From Diplonema japonicum (taxonomy: Eukaryota; Protista; Euglenozoa: Diplonemea), in the NCBI GenBank assembly GCA_964019335.1, contig OZ025717.1, forward strand, positions 62,001-126,000: a stretch of DNA of 64,000 nucleotides, written 5' to 3'. The notes beneath the pieces were generated by a model. It did no database searches. It worked only from the letters and a program-made list of their open reading frames with translations, and was not told the origin of the DNA. Below are positions 54,816 to 64,000 of the stretch, one piece after another (position 1 is the stretch's first letter; each line of letters opens with the position of its first letter). A program made the position numbers and the translations under genes.

Positions 54816-57421
54816 TCAAGGCGAAAGCGAAGAGGGAGAGTGTTCACCATGCGACGACACGACTTCAGGCTCGCTGTAGGACGCTGCAGTTTCTAAGGCA
54901 ACGTCGATGGGAGGCTCCGGGTCAAGGTGGGCAACAATAGAGGTACGAAGGGGGTTGAATGGCACCGATGGCACCGGTGACGTAGGGGAAGACACCACCA
55001 CCTGGACATCATCACAAGACGTAGCTGAGATCAGCGTGGCGTGCTCCCCACGACGGTACGGGTTGGACATGGCAAGCGAAGCTGGGAAGGAGGCCGACCT
55101 CTTCACCCTATGCTTCGCACGACCTTCAGGACGCTCGCCAAGCTTCGTAGCTGTCGCATCTATGTTGATATCAGGGACAGGGTTTTGCTTTATGTTCCTG
55201 GTGTAGTCCACCATCGAGTAATGGTCCATTTCACCAACAGCGATAATGCTTGACTGCAGGCGCCTCTTGGCGTCTCTGTAGTGCGAATCTGCTGCAACGA
55301 CAACCGCCTCACGTGGGGACCCGTCGGCCTTCTCGCTGTCACTTACCTTTTCCAGCCATTTCGGTCCAAGCATGGCAATGGCAGCCGCGCCCAGTGGTGC
55401 TGTGAAGATCACCCCCAGTACGCTGACCTGAAGGATTATCTTGCCCCATTCCACATCCTCGTCGTACTGGCATGGAGCTTGCGTGACGCCATTTGCGAGG
55501 GTTTTGCAGAATTTGTCCTTGAATTTGTTCGCTTCCTCCAACGCCAGCCCCCCAACCGCAGCTTGGACCGTCGCCTTCGGCATCCATGCAAGGGCAACAA
55601 ATATCCTGTTTTTCATACTCCACCCGCTCCCGGTGCACGCAAGCAGAGCTCCAATGCACCTTGCCGTCAGCGATACCGTGATGCACAGCATTGCCTTCCA
55701 TAGAAGGTCGGGGTCAGCCTGGATTGTTTTTTTGTTTTTTTTTTTTTAAAATCTTTCGCCACATACCAGATCCCCCAGATCAATGGAGTTACCCACGAGC
55801 GAGAACAGTAAAGGGCACGCTACGAGGTCCCAGACAATCTGGTTTAGTTTTTTTTTTTTCTTTTTCTTTTATTAAATACTTTGAAGTTCATGTTCAGCTG
55901 AGCCAAGGCCGTGGCGTGAAGCTTGGTCACGGCGGTGATGTCTTCTATAGATTTTTTATTTTCTTGAATTTTCGTGATCATCGAGTCCCCGGGACGGAGC
56001 TTGAAAAAGCGCCGGGTGGACATATCGGAGTCCAGCTGCGAGGCAGACTCGACGCACCACGTCAGCAGGTTGATGTCATTGTGGAGGGACGTGAGCTGGA
56101 AGGAGGCCTGCGAAAAGCAGTAGTTCACAGAGAAGCACGTCGCCATAGCACCGAGGACACCAAGACTGTCCAGAGCACCTGCAGATCCAACATCGATACC
56201 CGCAACTGTGACATTTATAAAACGAAAAAAAAGGGTTAACATACACCCAACCACCATGCAAACACAACTCAAGAACACCAGCATAAACACCAACAAGTGC
56301 GACCTTGTGTCGGCGGGCATCTTGTTCTGAGATGTGCCGAAGGGATCGACGGAGTGCGTGATGCCGAACACTGCCATGTCGTTGTCTTGCGCGGTTTTCT
56401 GTCTGTACTCGGACACCCCTTCAGCAGAGTACTCCTTTGGGATGACCCTGTGCGCAATGCGGTAGAGGATGTACCCGAGAAGAAACCCCGCGACGATCCC
56501 ACCAAGAATTTCAAGCGGTGCTTTAACGATTTTGTCCGTTACAGCACCACCGCCAAACGCCATTCCAAAGAAGATCCCAAAGAATGTGATGGCAAACACA
56601 TCATCAAGACCTGACGCAAACATCACAATCGACGGGACCGGTGTCCCAGCCCCTCCTACAAAACCCCTTGTTTGCAGATCTATAAGTCCGGGGACTACAA
56701 CAGCAGGGGATACTGCCGCCATTACGAATCCTAGTAAGAAACCCCATATGATGCTGAACTTGAATATAAGTACAGCCATGCCGGCGTACGACAGGGCCTC
56801 AAAGGCCATCGGGGTCACGGCAAGAAGCAAGCCTGTTTTCAACTTTTTCAACGAGTTTAGTACGCGGGAGCAGTTTCCTTGTTGATGCCATTCAATACGC
56901 CCGTCGACAACTACTTTTTTACGGATGTCCCTGATGTCTCCTAAAAAGGTATTCACAGGTAGACCGAGCCCAGCACGGCCCACGATAATAGTCAATGCAA
57001 CCTCTTTTATAACCGAGGTGAAGTTGGACGATATTCCATCAGTCAGTGTTGGGTCTGATTTAATATTCCGAACGACCATGCCGATGATCATGAAGCCGAA
57101 TAGTGGTGGGAGCCCGATAACAGCGCTTAACGCATTTCCAAACACGTAGCTGCAGGAAACCAGCACGAAGAGGTCGAACATGCTGTTTCCCGGCTCGAAG
57201 GGATTTTTGTCGGCGTTGTGGAAAGCCAGCCAGCCGATCAGAAACATGACCCCCCAGCACAAACACCACAGCATGTATGGTACTATTTCTATCTTGAATA
57301 TCCTGCCGCACATGTGCACCAACATCCATCTGCTTTGAACGATTGAAAAACCCGTCCCTGCTATACGGCACGAACACCCCTCGAGTGAGTATGTCCTGAT
57401 GTTCTCATCTTCATTAATCAT
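54816..57421 (-). CDS. Na+/H+ antiporter, NHA/SLC9B-like; 4 exons
   Basis: LPPL.G, AL.II..RAGL, AAVSPAVVVP, LDDV and AWMPKATVQAA. Introns 56206-56244, 55839-55879 and 55719-55766 join the ORF pieces in frame. Confidence 0.9.
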
Positions 57422-57515
57422 TAACGGTAACGGTGGATTATGTGTGGTATTTTTTTTTTTGTCCTTTTTTTTATTTTTATTTTTTTTGTAGGTAGGGGGG
57501 GGGGGAAAAAATCTG

Positions 57516-57680
57516 TCAAGCCACAACCTTTTTCGTTTCGCCTCCTATGCCCCACCAATCTCTGCTCTGGTACACCATGAAAAACAAAGCGGCAAAAAAC
57601 ACGGCTCTAAAAACACCGCCTATAACCCCGCCAGCTACAAAGGACACAGCTTGACTTCCTCTCAATGTGGGTGTTGTCAT
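57516..57680 (-). CDS. 54-aa single-pass membrane microprotein
   Basis: ATG after an A-run; MTTPTLRGSQAVSFVAGGVIGGVFRAVFFAALFFMVYQSRDWWGIGGETKKVVA-stop. The ORF fills a high-complexity island. Confidence 0.6.
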   Translation of the reverse strand: MTTPTLRGSQAVSFVAGGVIGGVFRAVFFAALFFMVYQSRDWWGIGGETKKVVA

Positions 57681-58275
57681 TTTTTTTTTTCTTCCTTCCC
57701 CCCCACCTTAGGTGTGTGTGTGTTTTTTTTTTTTTGATTTTTTTTTGAAAAAAAATAGAAAATAAAAAATTAGTACCAAACACAGTGTACAGTAAAGAAA
57801 GAAAAAAAAATATGGCGAGAGAAATTTTGATGTTTTTCCCCCTTAAAGAAATCGAATAGCATAGAAGGGGGAAAATAAGGGGGGGGGTGCAAAAAAGGAA
57901 ATATATAGCAAGTGTAATTTCCTTCTTTTTCTAAAATTTCCCTTACAAGGTAAAAGAAAAATTCTGTTCTTTTTTTTGTTGAAGAGAAACAAGAGATGTG
58001 CCATGAGAGCTAGAAAACACAATTTTAAAGAAAAAAAAAAAAAAAAGCATCAATGCGATGGGGAAAGAATGTATGCCCACCCTAGGTTGATCATCACCAA
58101 ATGCTTCACATGTTTGGTGGCTTAACTTCGTATCGGGCAGAATGGATACATTTAACCGGAGATATATGGCTGTGGAAAAAAAAAAGGAAAAAAAAAAAGG
58201 AAGGGGGATTTTCAGTTGCGCTTCTTGAAGATGATGCCACACAATGTAGATACAGCCTTTACACGAAAGCACTAC

Positions 58276-58308
<33 letters not shown>

Positions 58309-59033
58309 TACGCCCGACTCATACGAAAGGCATTCTCTCCCTCGAGGAAAAAAAAAAAAAGGGAAAACAATGAAAGAAAAAAAAGAAAAGAAAAAAATAT
58401 TTTTGATAGTGGATGATGTGGTAGCAACACCCACCAACCAAACTATTTTCCCCCCCTTTCTTTTTTCTTTCTTTTATTTTTTTTTTTTTCCGTAAAGGTG
58501 GAAAAATAAAATAAAAAATAAAAAGTGGGGTCAAGGACAAGAAAGAAAAAAAAAACAAAAAAACAAAAAATAACCTCACAAACTCAATGTTTCTTGTCAA
58601 TTAACCTTTTTAAGCTCAGAACAGGTAATCCACTTTTTTGCATTTTCTGTTTAGGGAAGAAAATAGTCTTCAAGCGGTCCAATTCTATACTCCTTAAAAC
58701 GGCCGAAAATCGAAAAGAAACCAACATGAGTTGGAAAAGGCGGGAGGGAGAAGAAAAACATAAAGAATATGCAAATATTACAGACCGTATTCAAAAGAAA
58801 AAATAAAGGAGGGGGGGGGGCAAAGCCTTCACCACCCCCCCGTTTTGCTCTCTTTCGTTTTTTTTTTTTCTTTTCTTTTTTCTTTATTTCAACTTTGCTC
58901 TTTCTGTAAAATTAACGAGAAGGGATATAAAAAAAAAAAAAAGCTAGGGGAAAAAAAAGTATGTTAAAATTCAGCGAATCATTATGTAATTTTTTTTTTT
59001 TTTATGACAAAAAGAACCCCAAAGCCGTATTCT

Positions 59034-62000
59034 TTAAACCTCTGTTTCCGCAGGCTCCTCAACAACGCTGACGAAAATTTCTTCTAAAGTTGTTTGGGAG
59101 ATCGCGTACTCAGAGATGCCAAGGACATCTGCTTTGTTCTGCATCACGCGGAGGAGTTGAGAAGGTGTCGCATCACGAGTAGTGAGCTTTGCGTGTCCAC
59201 CATGCGTCTCAGTAGGCACGAGTGAAGGGAAGGACTGCTGAAGGGAACCAATAACCATGCCAAGACGGTCGGGATTCTGCACAGACACAGCAATGGTGTA
59301 CCCGCGTGATAGGGCAGATCGAATTTCCTGAGGTGTCCCTACACACTGCAGCCCGCCGCTTTTCATGATGGCGATTCGAGATGACAATGCATCGACTTCC
59401 TCCATAGAGTGGGTAGTCAGCACAACCGTCCTCTTCTTAGCAACATGCTTGATAACGTCCCAGAGTACCCTCCTCGACTTGGGGTCGACTCCGGTCGACG
59501 GTTCGTCGAGGAAGATAACCTCCGGTGCGCCCATCAGTGCCAGAGCAACGCTGAGCTTCCTCTTGTTCCCCCCGCTGTACGTCCCGCATGGTCTTGTCTC
59601 CTGGCCCGTCAACCCTACCAACGTTACAAAGTCCTCAACCTTGTCCAGTGAAATTCCCTTCAAACGCGCGAAGAAGGTAATCATTTCCTCCCCGGTCATC
59701 TCGCCTAGGATCGCGTCGAACTGCGGGCACAGCCCAATGTGGTGGTTGATAGACTTCTGATTGCTTAAGATGCTGTACTCATCACCGTTCAGTCTAAACG
59801 TGGCGTCACCCGAAGTAGGGGCCACCTCGCCTGTCAGCATCTTAATCGTTGTTGTCTTCCCAGCGCCGTTCGCCCCCAGCAACCCGAAGCACCCCACGGG
59901 GATGCTCAGATGCAACTCGCTCACAGCCACCATGCCCTTGTTGAACGTCTTCCCAAGCCCGCTCACGAGGATCGATGTGTTGCTGTCGCCGCCATCCGCC
60001 ACGAAGCTCTGCTCCTTGATCACACCGAAGAACTTTTCTTGGGAGCTACCATTGATGAGCTTCGTGGTGACCGACCCGAATGTGCACCTCTGGGTACGCA
60101 GCTTGGCGAACACGAACCAACGTTTGAAAGGGATCTCCGAGAGGAACACCGCGATCATGCACCCAAGCATCTGCAGTGCAAGGATCATGTGAAAGATGCC
60201 CATGAGGTTGTAGTCCAGCAAGTTGTCGATCCCGTGTTCGTCCTTCAGGTAGTCCGCGCTGCCCATGAAGTTCAACGCCAGCATGGCACACTTGGCGGCA
60301 CCGTAGGTAGGGTTGATTGACGCGAAGATCTTCGGCAAAAGCACTGCAGCGCTGGAACCAGACCCTGTAGAGGCTGAAACAGCAAGGTCAGCAATGACGA
60401 AGGAGAAGGCTAGCCCGATGAGCCACCCGGAGATGTTCACCTGCGCACTGCCCTCGTCGTCGAAGATGACGGATGCAAGGTAAGCCACCCATGACACAGA
60501 CACCCCGTAGAGAAGCATGGACAGGTACAAGCACCACAGTTCGTAGCCTTGGATGTTGATGGCGATGACAGTTGTCAGCAGCGACATAGAAATGAAGGTT
60601 AGGATGCAGTCGAATGCAAAGGTGGTCACCCAGTACTGCAGCTTGGACACGCCTGAGGCGTACTGCAGATTCCTACATCCGGATACCTTCTCTCTGATCA
60701 CAAAGGCGGCGTACGACGAAGGGATGAAGGACAGGGCAGTGGCGATGGCAATCACGAACACCATGTCACCAGCCATCTTAAGCTGCCATGCCGATTCCGG
60801 CATGTCAGTGACTCTCCCGGTAGCGTTAACCTTAGCAGTGGAAAAGGACCACGCGTGCATTGCAGCCATCCCTGCGTAGCGCAATGTGGCATTGTAGTGC
60901 ATCGTGGCCTTCGCGTTCGTGCTGCTGAGCTCTGTCACGTTGAACCCCACGGCTGTGACCTGATCCTCGATCATTTTGGCCATGTCCTGCCCACGTGTGA
61001 AGAACACGTCGTTGGGGAAGGGGTGAAACATGTTTTTCACAGCTGTCTCCATAGTGTCGTCGACAGTCCCAAAGATCATGCCCGTGCTGTAGTCCTTCAC
61101 GCCAAGAGGGATGGACGTGGGTGTGTCGGGGGTAGTGTTCACAATGGCGCGGACGATGATACCGGAGAAGATGAAGATGAAGGGAAACAAGATAATGAAC
61201 ATAAACGTGGGCAAGTCCTTCTTCGCGCAGCAGAACCTTTTGTACATGAGCGCGTAAAGCACGGTGAAGTATCCAGCGTTCTCCCTGCTGATGTCCGCCG
61301 CGGAGTAGTCCTTGTTATCCCTCAGCACGCCGTCTTCTGCCTGTGACGACGTCTCTAAACGGAGGAAGACCTCCTCAAGAGTGGTCATCGATAGGCCGTG
61401 CGACACAATGCCGAGTTCCACAGATCGCTCCGTGAGCTCGTCAAGCAAGTTGGGCAGTTCAGGAGTGTCGGCCAACTGGTACATCACCTCACCACCGCAC
61501 ACAGACATCACGTTTGCAGAGGAGTTGGACGATTTCACCAGTGCAGTTATGTCGTTCAGCTCTGCTGAAGGCGAGAAGGCAACGATTAGCGAGTAACCTT
61601 TCCCGTACTTCTTTTTGAGTTCCAGACTCGTGCCGCAGTCTTTGATAAGCCCAGCGTGCATGATGGCCACTCTGTTCCCTAAGATGTCTGCCTCGTCCAT
61701 GAAATGAGTCGTCAAGATGATGCCTACCCCTGCCTTCTTCTTCTCCTCTACAAGCTCCCAGATGTGCCTGCGTGACGCAGGATCCATGCCTGCCGTCGGC
61801 TCGTCGAGTAGCACAATCCTTGAATTGCCCAAGAACGCCATTGCGACTGACATCTTCCTCTTCTGCCCGCCTGAGAGGGATCCTGCCACAGCGTCCTTTT
61901 TCATCGCAACACCCACCTCCTCTAAAGCCTTTTCGGCAGCGGCGTTCAGGTCATTAATAGAAACGCCCTTCAGGGCGCCCACAAGTAACAAGTGGTCCTT

Positions 62001-63665
62001 TGTCGTCAATGCATCGAACAGGATGTCGTGTTGAGGGCACACGCCAAGCACTTGCTGCAGGGCCTCTGTGTTGTTCGCCTTACCTGCGTAGTAGATGCTG
62101 CCCGACGTGGCAGGCATGCTACCGGTGATGATGGAGATGGTGCATGTCTTTCCTGCTCCGTTGTGTCCGAGCAAAGAGAGGACTTCTCCAGGGTAGATGT
62201 CAAGGCTCACATCCTTCACCGCGGTGATGGCAGGAAACTGTTTATGGATGTTCCTGGCAGAGAGGACGGCCCCCGCCGCGTAAGTACCCGATTCCTCGTC
62301 GGACAGCGTCTTCTGGCGCACGAAAGGGAAATTCCATGGCAAGGAGTTCCCCAGAACGGCGGGCATGATGTGCTCAAGGTACCAAGTGAGGACCTCGTAC
62401 AGCACGACGGACAGGAGTGCGATCCACATGGCCCCCCCTACTGAGGGGTAGTTATTGACACGGGTGTAGAGGCTGTCCCACTTCAGCCCGTCATGCGTGT
62501 TCTCGAGTTCCCAGATAGTCGTGATGAACACCGTCAGGAAGGACGACGGGAAGAAGCAAACCAAGAGACTGCCGCCTTCGTTCTCACCTTTCTGCACAGC
62601 GAACATACCAAGCCCCACGCCACCGGCATACACGACAAGAGCGACAAGCGAGACGACCTTTGATCTGGTGAAGAACAGGGACAGAACACCCGAGAAGGAG
62701 GTGGCCTGGATTATGAACAAGATGTTCACAAGAAAGACGACCCCCAAGTCAGACCCATAGAAAAGGCCCAAGGTCTGGTAGATGAACAGCGGGGGGAGGG
62801 ATGCAATGCCAATAAGCACGATGTTCCTGAGGACGTAGACCATGCGGTAGGAAAGACCGTCAATGCCCATCGTCTGCAGGGACTGTCTGATACGGAGCTC
62901 TCTATCACGCACCATGTTCCTTGAAGTGCTGACCAACACGATGATTAAAGAAATACCCCAGAAGGGAGGGCCCATTTTGGTCCAGGAGCCTTCTCTAGAC
63001 AGAGTATAGCGAGCTTTATTAGTATCACCGGCGGTGGACTGCGGGTACCGAACGAGGGTGGTGTTGAAGGAAACGGAGGAGAGTGACTCGGCGAGCTTGG
63101 TTTGCATGCTGAAGACTCCATAGTTGCTCATTCGCTTGGTCCAGGAACGGAGAAAAGAGGGAACAGTTGTGGGTTGAAAGGGCGAAGAGGCCATGTTCCC
63201 AACCTGAACTTGTATGTCATAGGTCACGAAATCATGGGCGTCCTTAGTCAGCACAAGGGTGTAGTCTGCTTGAAGGTCCGTCTTCCCGGCCTTGTACAGG
63301 TTGTCCTGCATTGTGCTGTAGTTGTTGTAGCGCATGCTTTGATCCTCTGCCTGCTTCGTGTCCCCGTCGTATAGAGAAACGATGATTTCGTGAAGTTCTG
63401 TGTCCGTGAAACCAGTAGCGAGGTACCATAACTTGTCAGTGGTTGTGCTGTCGTCCCCAGTGTCCTGGCTTTTCCAGTCACGGAAAGCATACTCTTCATA
63501 CTCGTTAGCGGTGTCCGGTATGCCTGCCAGGTACACGGCAATGATCATGCAGGTCATCATGCTTGGCACGCACCATGTGAAGAACACGCTCCACTTTCCC
63601 CTCCACATCTTCTTCAGTTCCTTGAACCAGAAGAGAAACACAATCTTCTGCAATATGTTAGGCAT
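59034..63665 (-). CDS. ABC transporter subfamily A, full-length
   Basis: Two TMD+NBD halves: GHNGAGKT, GVCPQHD, LSGGQKRK and LLDEPTAGMDP; GANGAGKT, CPQFD and YSGGNKRKLS. Confidence 0.96.
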   Translation of the reverse strand: MPNILQKIVFLFWFKELKKMWRGKWSVFFTWCVPSMMTCMIIAVYLAGIPDTANEYEEYAFRDWKSQDTGDDSTTTDKLWYLATGFTDTELHEIIVSLYDGDTKQAEDQSMRYNNYSTMQDNLYKAGKTDLQADYTLVLTKDAHDFVTYDIQVQVGNMASSPFQPTTVPSFLRSWTKRMSNYGVFSMQTKLAESLSSVSFNTTLVRYPQSTAGDTNKARYTLSREGSWTKMGPPFWGISLIIVLVSTSRNMVRDRELRIRQSLQTMGIDGLSYRMVYVLRNIVLIGIASLPPLFIYQTLGLFYGSDLGVVFLVNILFIIQATSFSGVLSLFFTRSKVVSLVALVVYAGGVGLGMFAVQKGENEGGSLLVCFFPSSFLTVFITTIWELENTHDGLKWDSLYTRVNNYPSVGGAMWIALLSVVLYEVLTWYLEHIMPAVLGNSLPWNFPFVRQKTLSDEESGTYAAGAVLSARNIHKQFPAITAVKDVSLDIYPGEVLSLLGHNGAGKTCTISIITGSMPATSGSIYYAGKANNTEALQQVLGVCPQHDILFDALTTKDHLLLVGALKGVSINDLNAAAEKALEEVGVAMKKDAVAGSLSGGQKRKMSVAMAFLGNSRIVLLDEPTAGMDPASRRHIWELVEEKKKAGVGIILTTHFMDEADILGNRVAIMHAGLIKDCGTSLELKKKYGKGYSLIVAFSPSAELNDITALVKSSNSSANVMSVCGGEVMYQLADTPELPNLLDELTERSVELGIVSHGLSMTTLEEVFLRLETSSQAEDGVLRDNKDYSAADISRENAGYFTVLYALMYKRFCCAKKDLPTFMFIILFPFIFIFSGIIVRAIVNTTPDTPTSIPLGVKDYSTGMIFGTVDDTMETAVKNMFHPFPNDVFFTRGQDMAKMIEDQVTAVGFNVTELSSTNAKATMHYNATLRYAGMAAMHAWSFSTAKVNATGRVTDMPESAWQLKMAGDMVFVIAIATALSFIPSSYAAFVIREKVSGCRNLQYASGVSKLQYWVTTFAFDCILTFISMSLLTTVIAINIQGYELWCLYLSMLLYGVSVSWVAYLASVIFDDEGSAQVNISGWLIGLAFSFVIADLAVSASTGSGSSAAVLLPKIFASINPTYGAAKCAMLALNFMGSADYLKDEHGIDNLLDYNLMGIFHMILALQMLGCMIAVFLSEIPFKRWFVFAKLRTQRCTFGSVTTKLINGSSQEKFFGVIKEQSFVADGGDSNTSILVSGLGKTFNKGMVAVSELHLSIPVGCFGLLGANGAGKTTTIKMLTGEVAPTSGDATFRLNGDEYSILSNQKSINHHIGLCPQFDAILGEMTGEEMITFFARLKGISLDKVEDFVTLVGLTGQETRPCGTYSGGNKRKLSVALALMGAPEVIFLDEPSTGVDPKSRRVLWDVIKHVAKKRTVVLTTHSMEEVDALSSRIAIMKSGGLQCVGTPQEIRSALSRGYTIAVSVQNPDRLGMVIGSLQQSFPSLVPTETHGGHAKLTTRDATPSQLLRVMQNKADVLGISEYAISQTTLEEIFVSVVEEPAETEV

Positions 63666-64000
63666 TTTCTTTTTGTTCTCCAGGATGGTTCCTTATTTCT
63701 TCTTTTTTTTTTACCTTTTTTTTTTAGACCTGATTTTCAAAGAGAAAAAAAAGAAAAAGAATGCAAAAAACAATAATAAAAATAAAGGAGGCCGGTGTTG
63801 GCGGCGCCCTGCACAAGAACTGTCTACAAAAAAAGAAAAGCTGAAAAGAGAAGGCAGGGGGGAACACACACCAAAAAAAAAAAAAAACCTATCCCCTCTC
63901 CCCCCATTCTTCTTCTTCCCGCTTGTGTCTACACAATTATTTTAAAAGCTCTTTTAAAAAAATATGTCAGTACCCCCCCCCCCCCCCCATCGGTCGAGCA

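Noticed and set aside
1397-57421. Alternative genetic code or non-canonical (euglenid-type) introns as the reason for split ORFs
   Set aside because: All splits in MAPK, CCT4, FKBP12 and NHA resolve with GT-AG introns, and TAA, TAG and TGA all act as stops at expected ends.
44141-58098. cctaggtt(g)gatcatca at 44143 and 58081, with a box C-like TGATGA on the minus strand
   Set aside because: No box D (CTGA) at a suitable distance; too short to call a snoRNA.
1-64000. CRISPR arrays, rRNA, SL RNA genes, prokaryotic operon signals
   Set aside because: No regularly spaced repeats or recognisable rRNA or SL sequence; the DNA is intron-containing and eukaryotic.

Overview
This is eukaryotic nuclear DNA. 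About 27 protein-coding genes can be supported, and all lie on the minus strand, some only 80-300 nt apart. That layout suggests one polycistronic directional cluster. With receptor-type adenylate cyclase and amastin/claudin-like genes plus frequent cis-spliced introns, the source is most likely a free-living euglenozoan such as a diplonemid (inference). Intergenic DNA is dominated by long homopolymer runs, which produce most of the spurious K/F/G/P-rich ORFs in the track. Recognisable genes: two tandem TDY MAP kinases, a MAPK-like pseudokinase, two GSTs (one frameshifted), GH18 chitinase, a Cys-repeat secreted protein, MetE, a CCCH protein, a FYVE/F-box/CAMK kinase, cathepsin D, a receptor adenylate cyclase, an FkbM methyltransferase, CCT4, FKBP12, SCO1, a P450, a GT47 exostosin, a mitochondrial carrier, an NHA antiporter and ABCA. 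Most notable: (1) a receptor adenylate cyclase whose ectodomain is an apparently catalytically dead 5'-nucleotidase, a candidate extracellular nucleotide sensor; (2) uniform 36-55 nt GT-AG introns, about half with poly(A)/purine-rich rather than pyrimidine tracts before the acceptor; (3) sense-oriented retroposon relics, one possibly spliced in frame onto the cyclase; (4) a hairpin-flanked relic resembling a tyrosine recombinase; (5) two microproteins the ORF track misses or mis-models.
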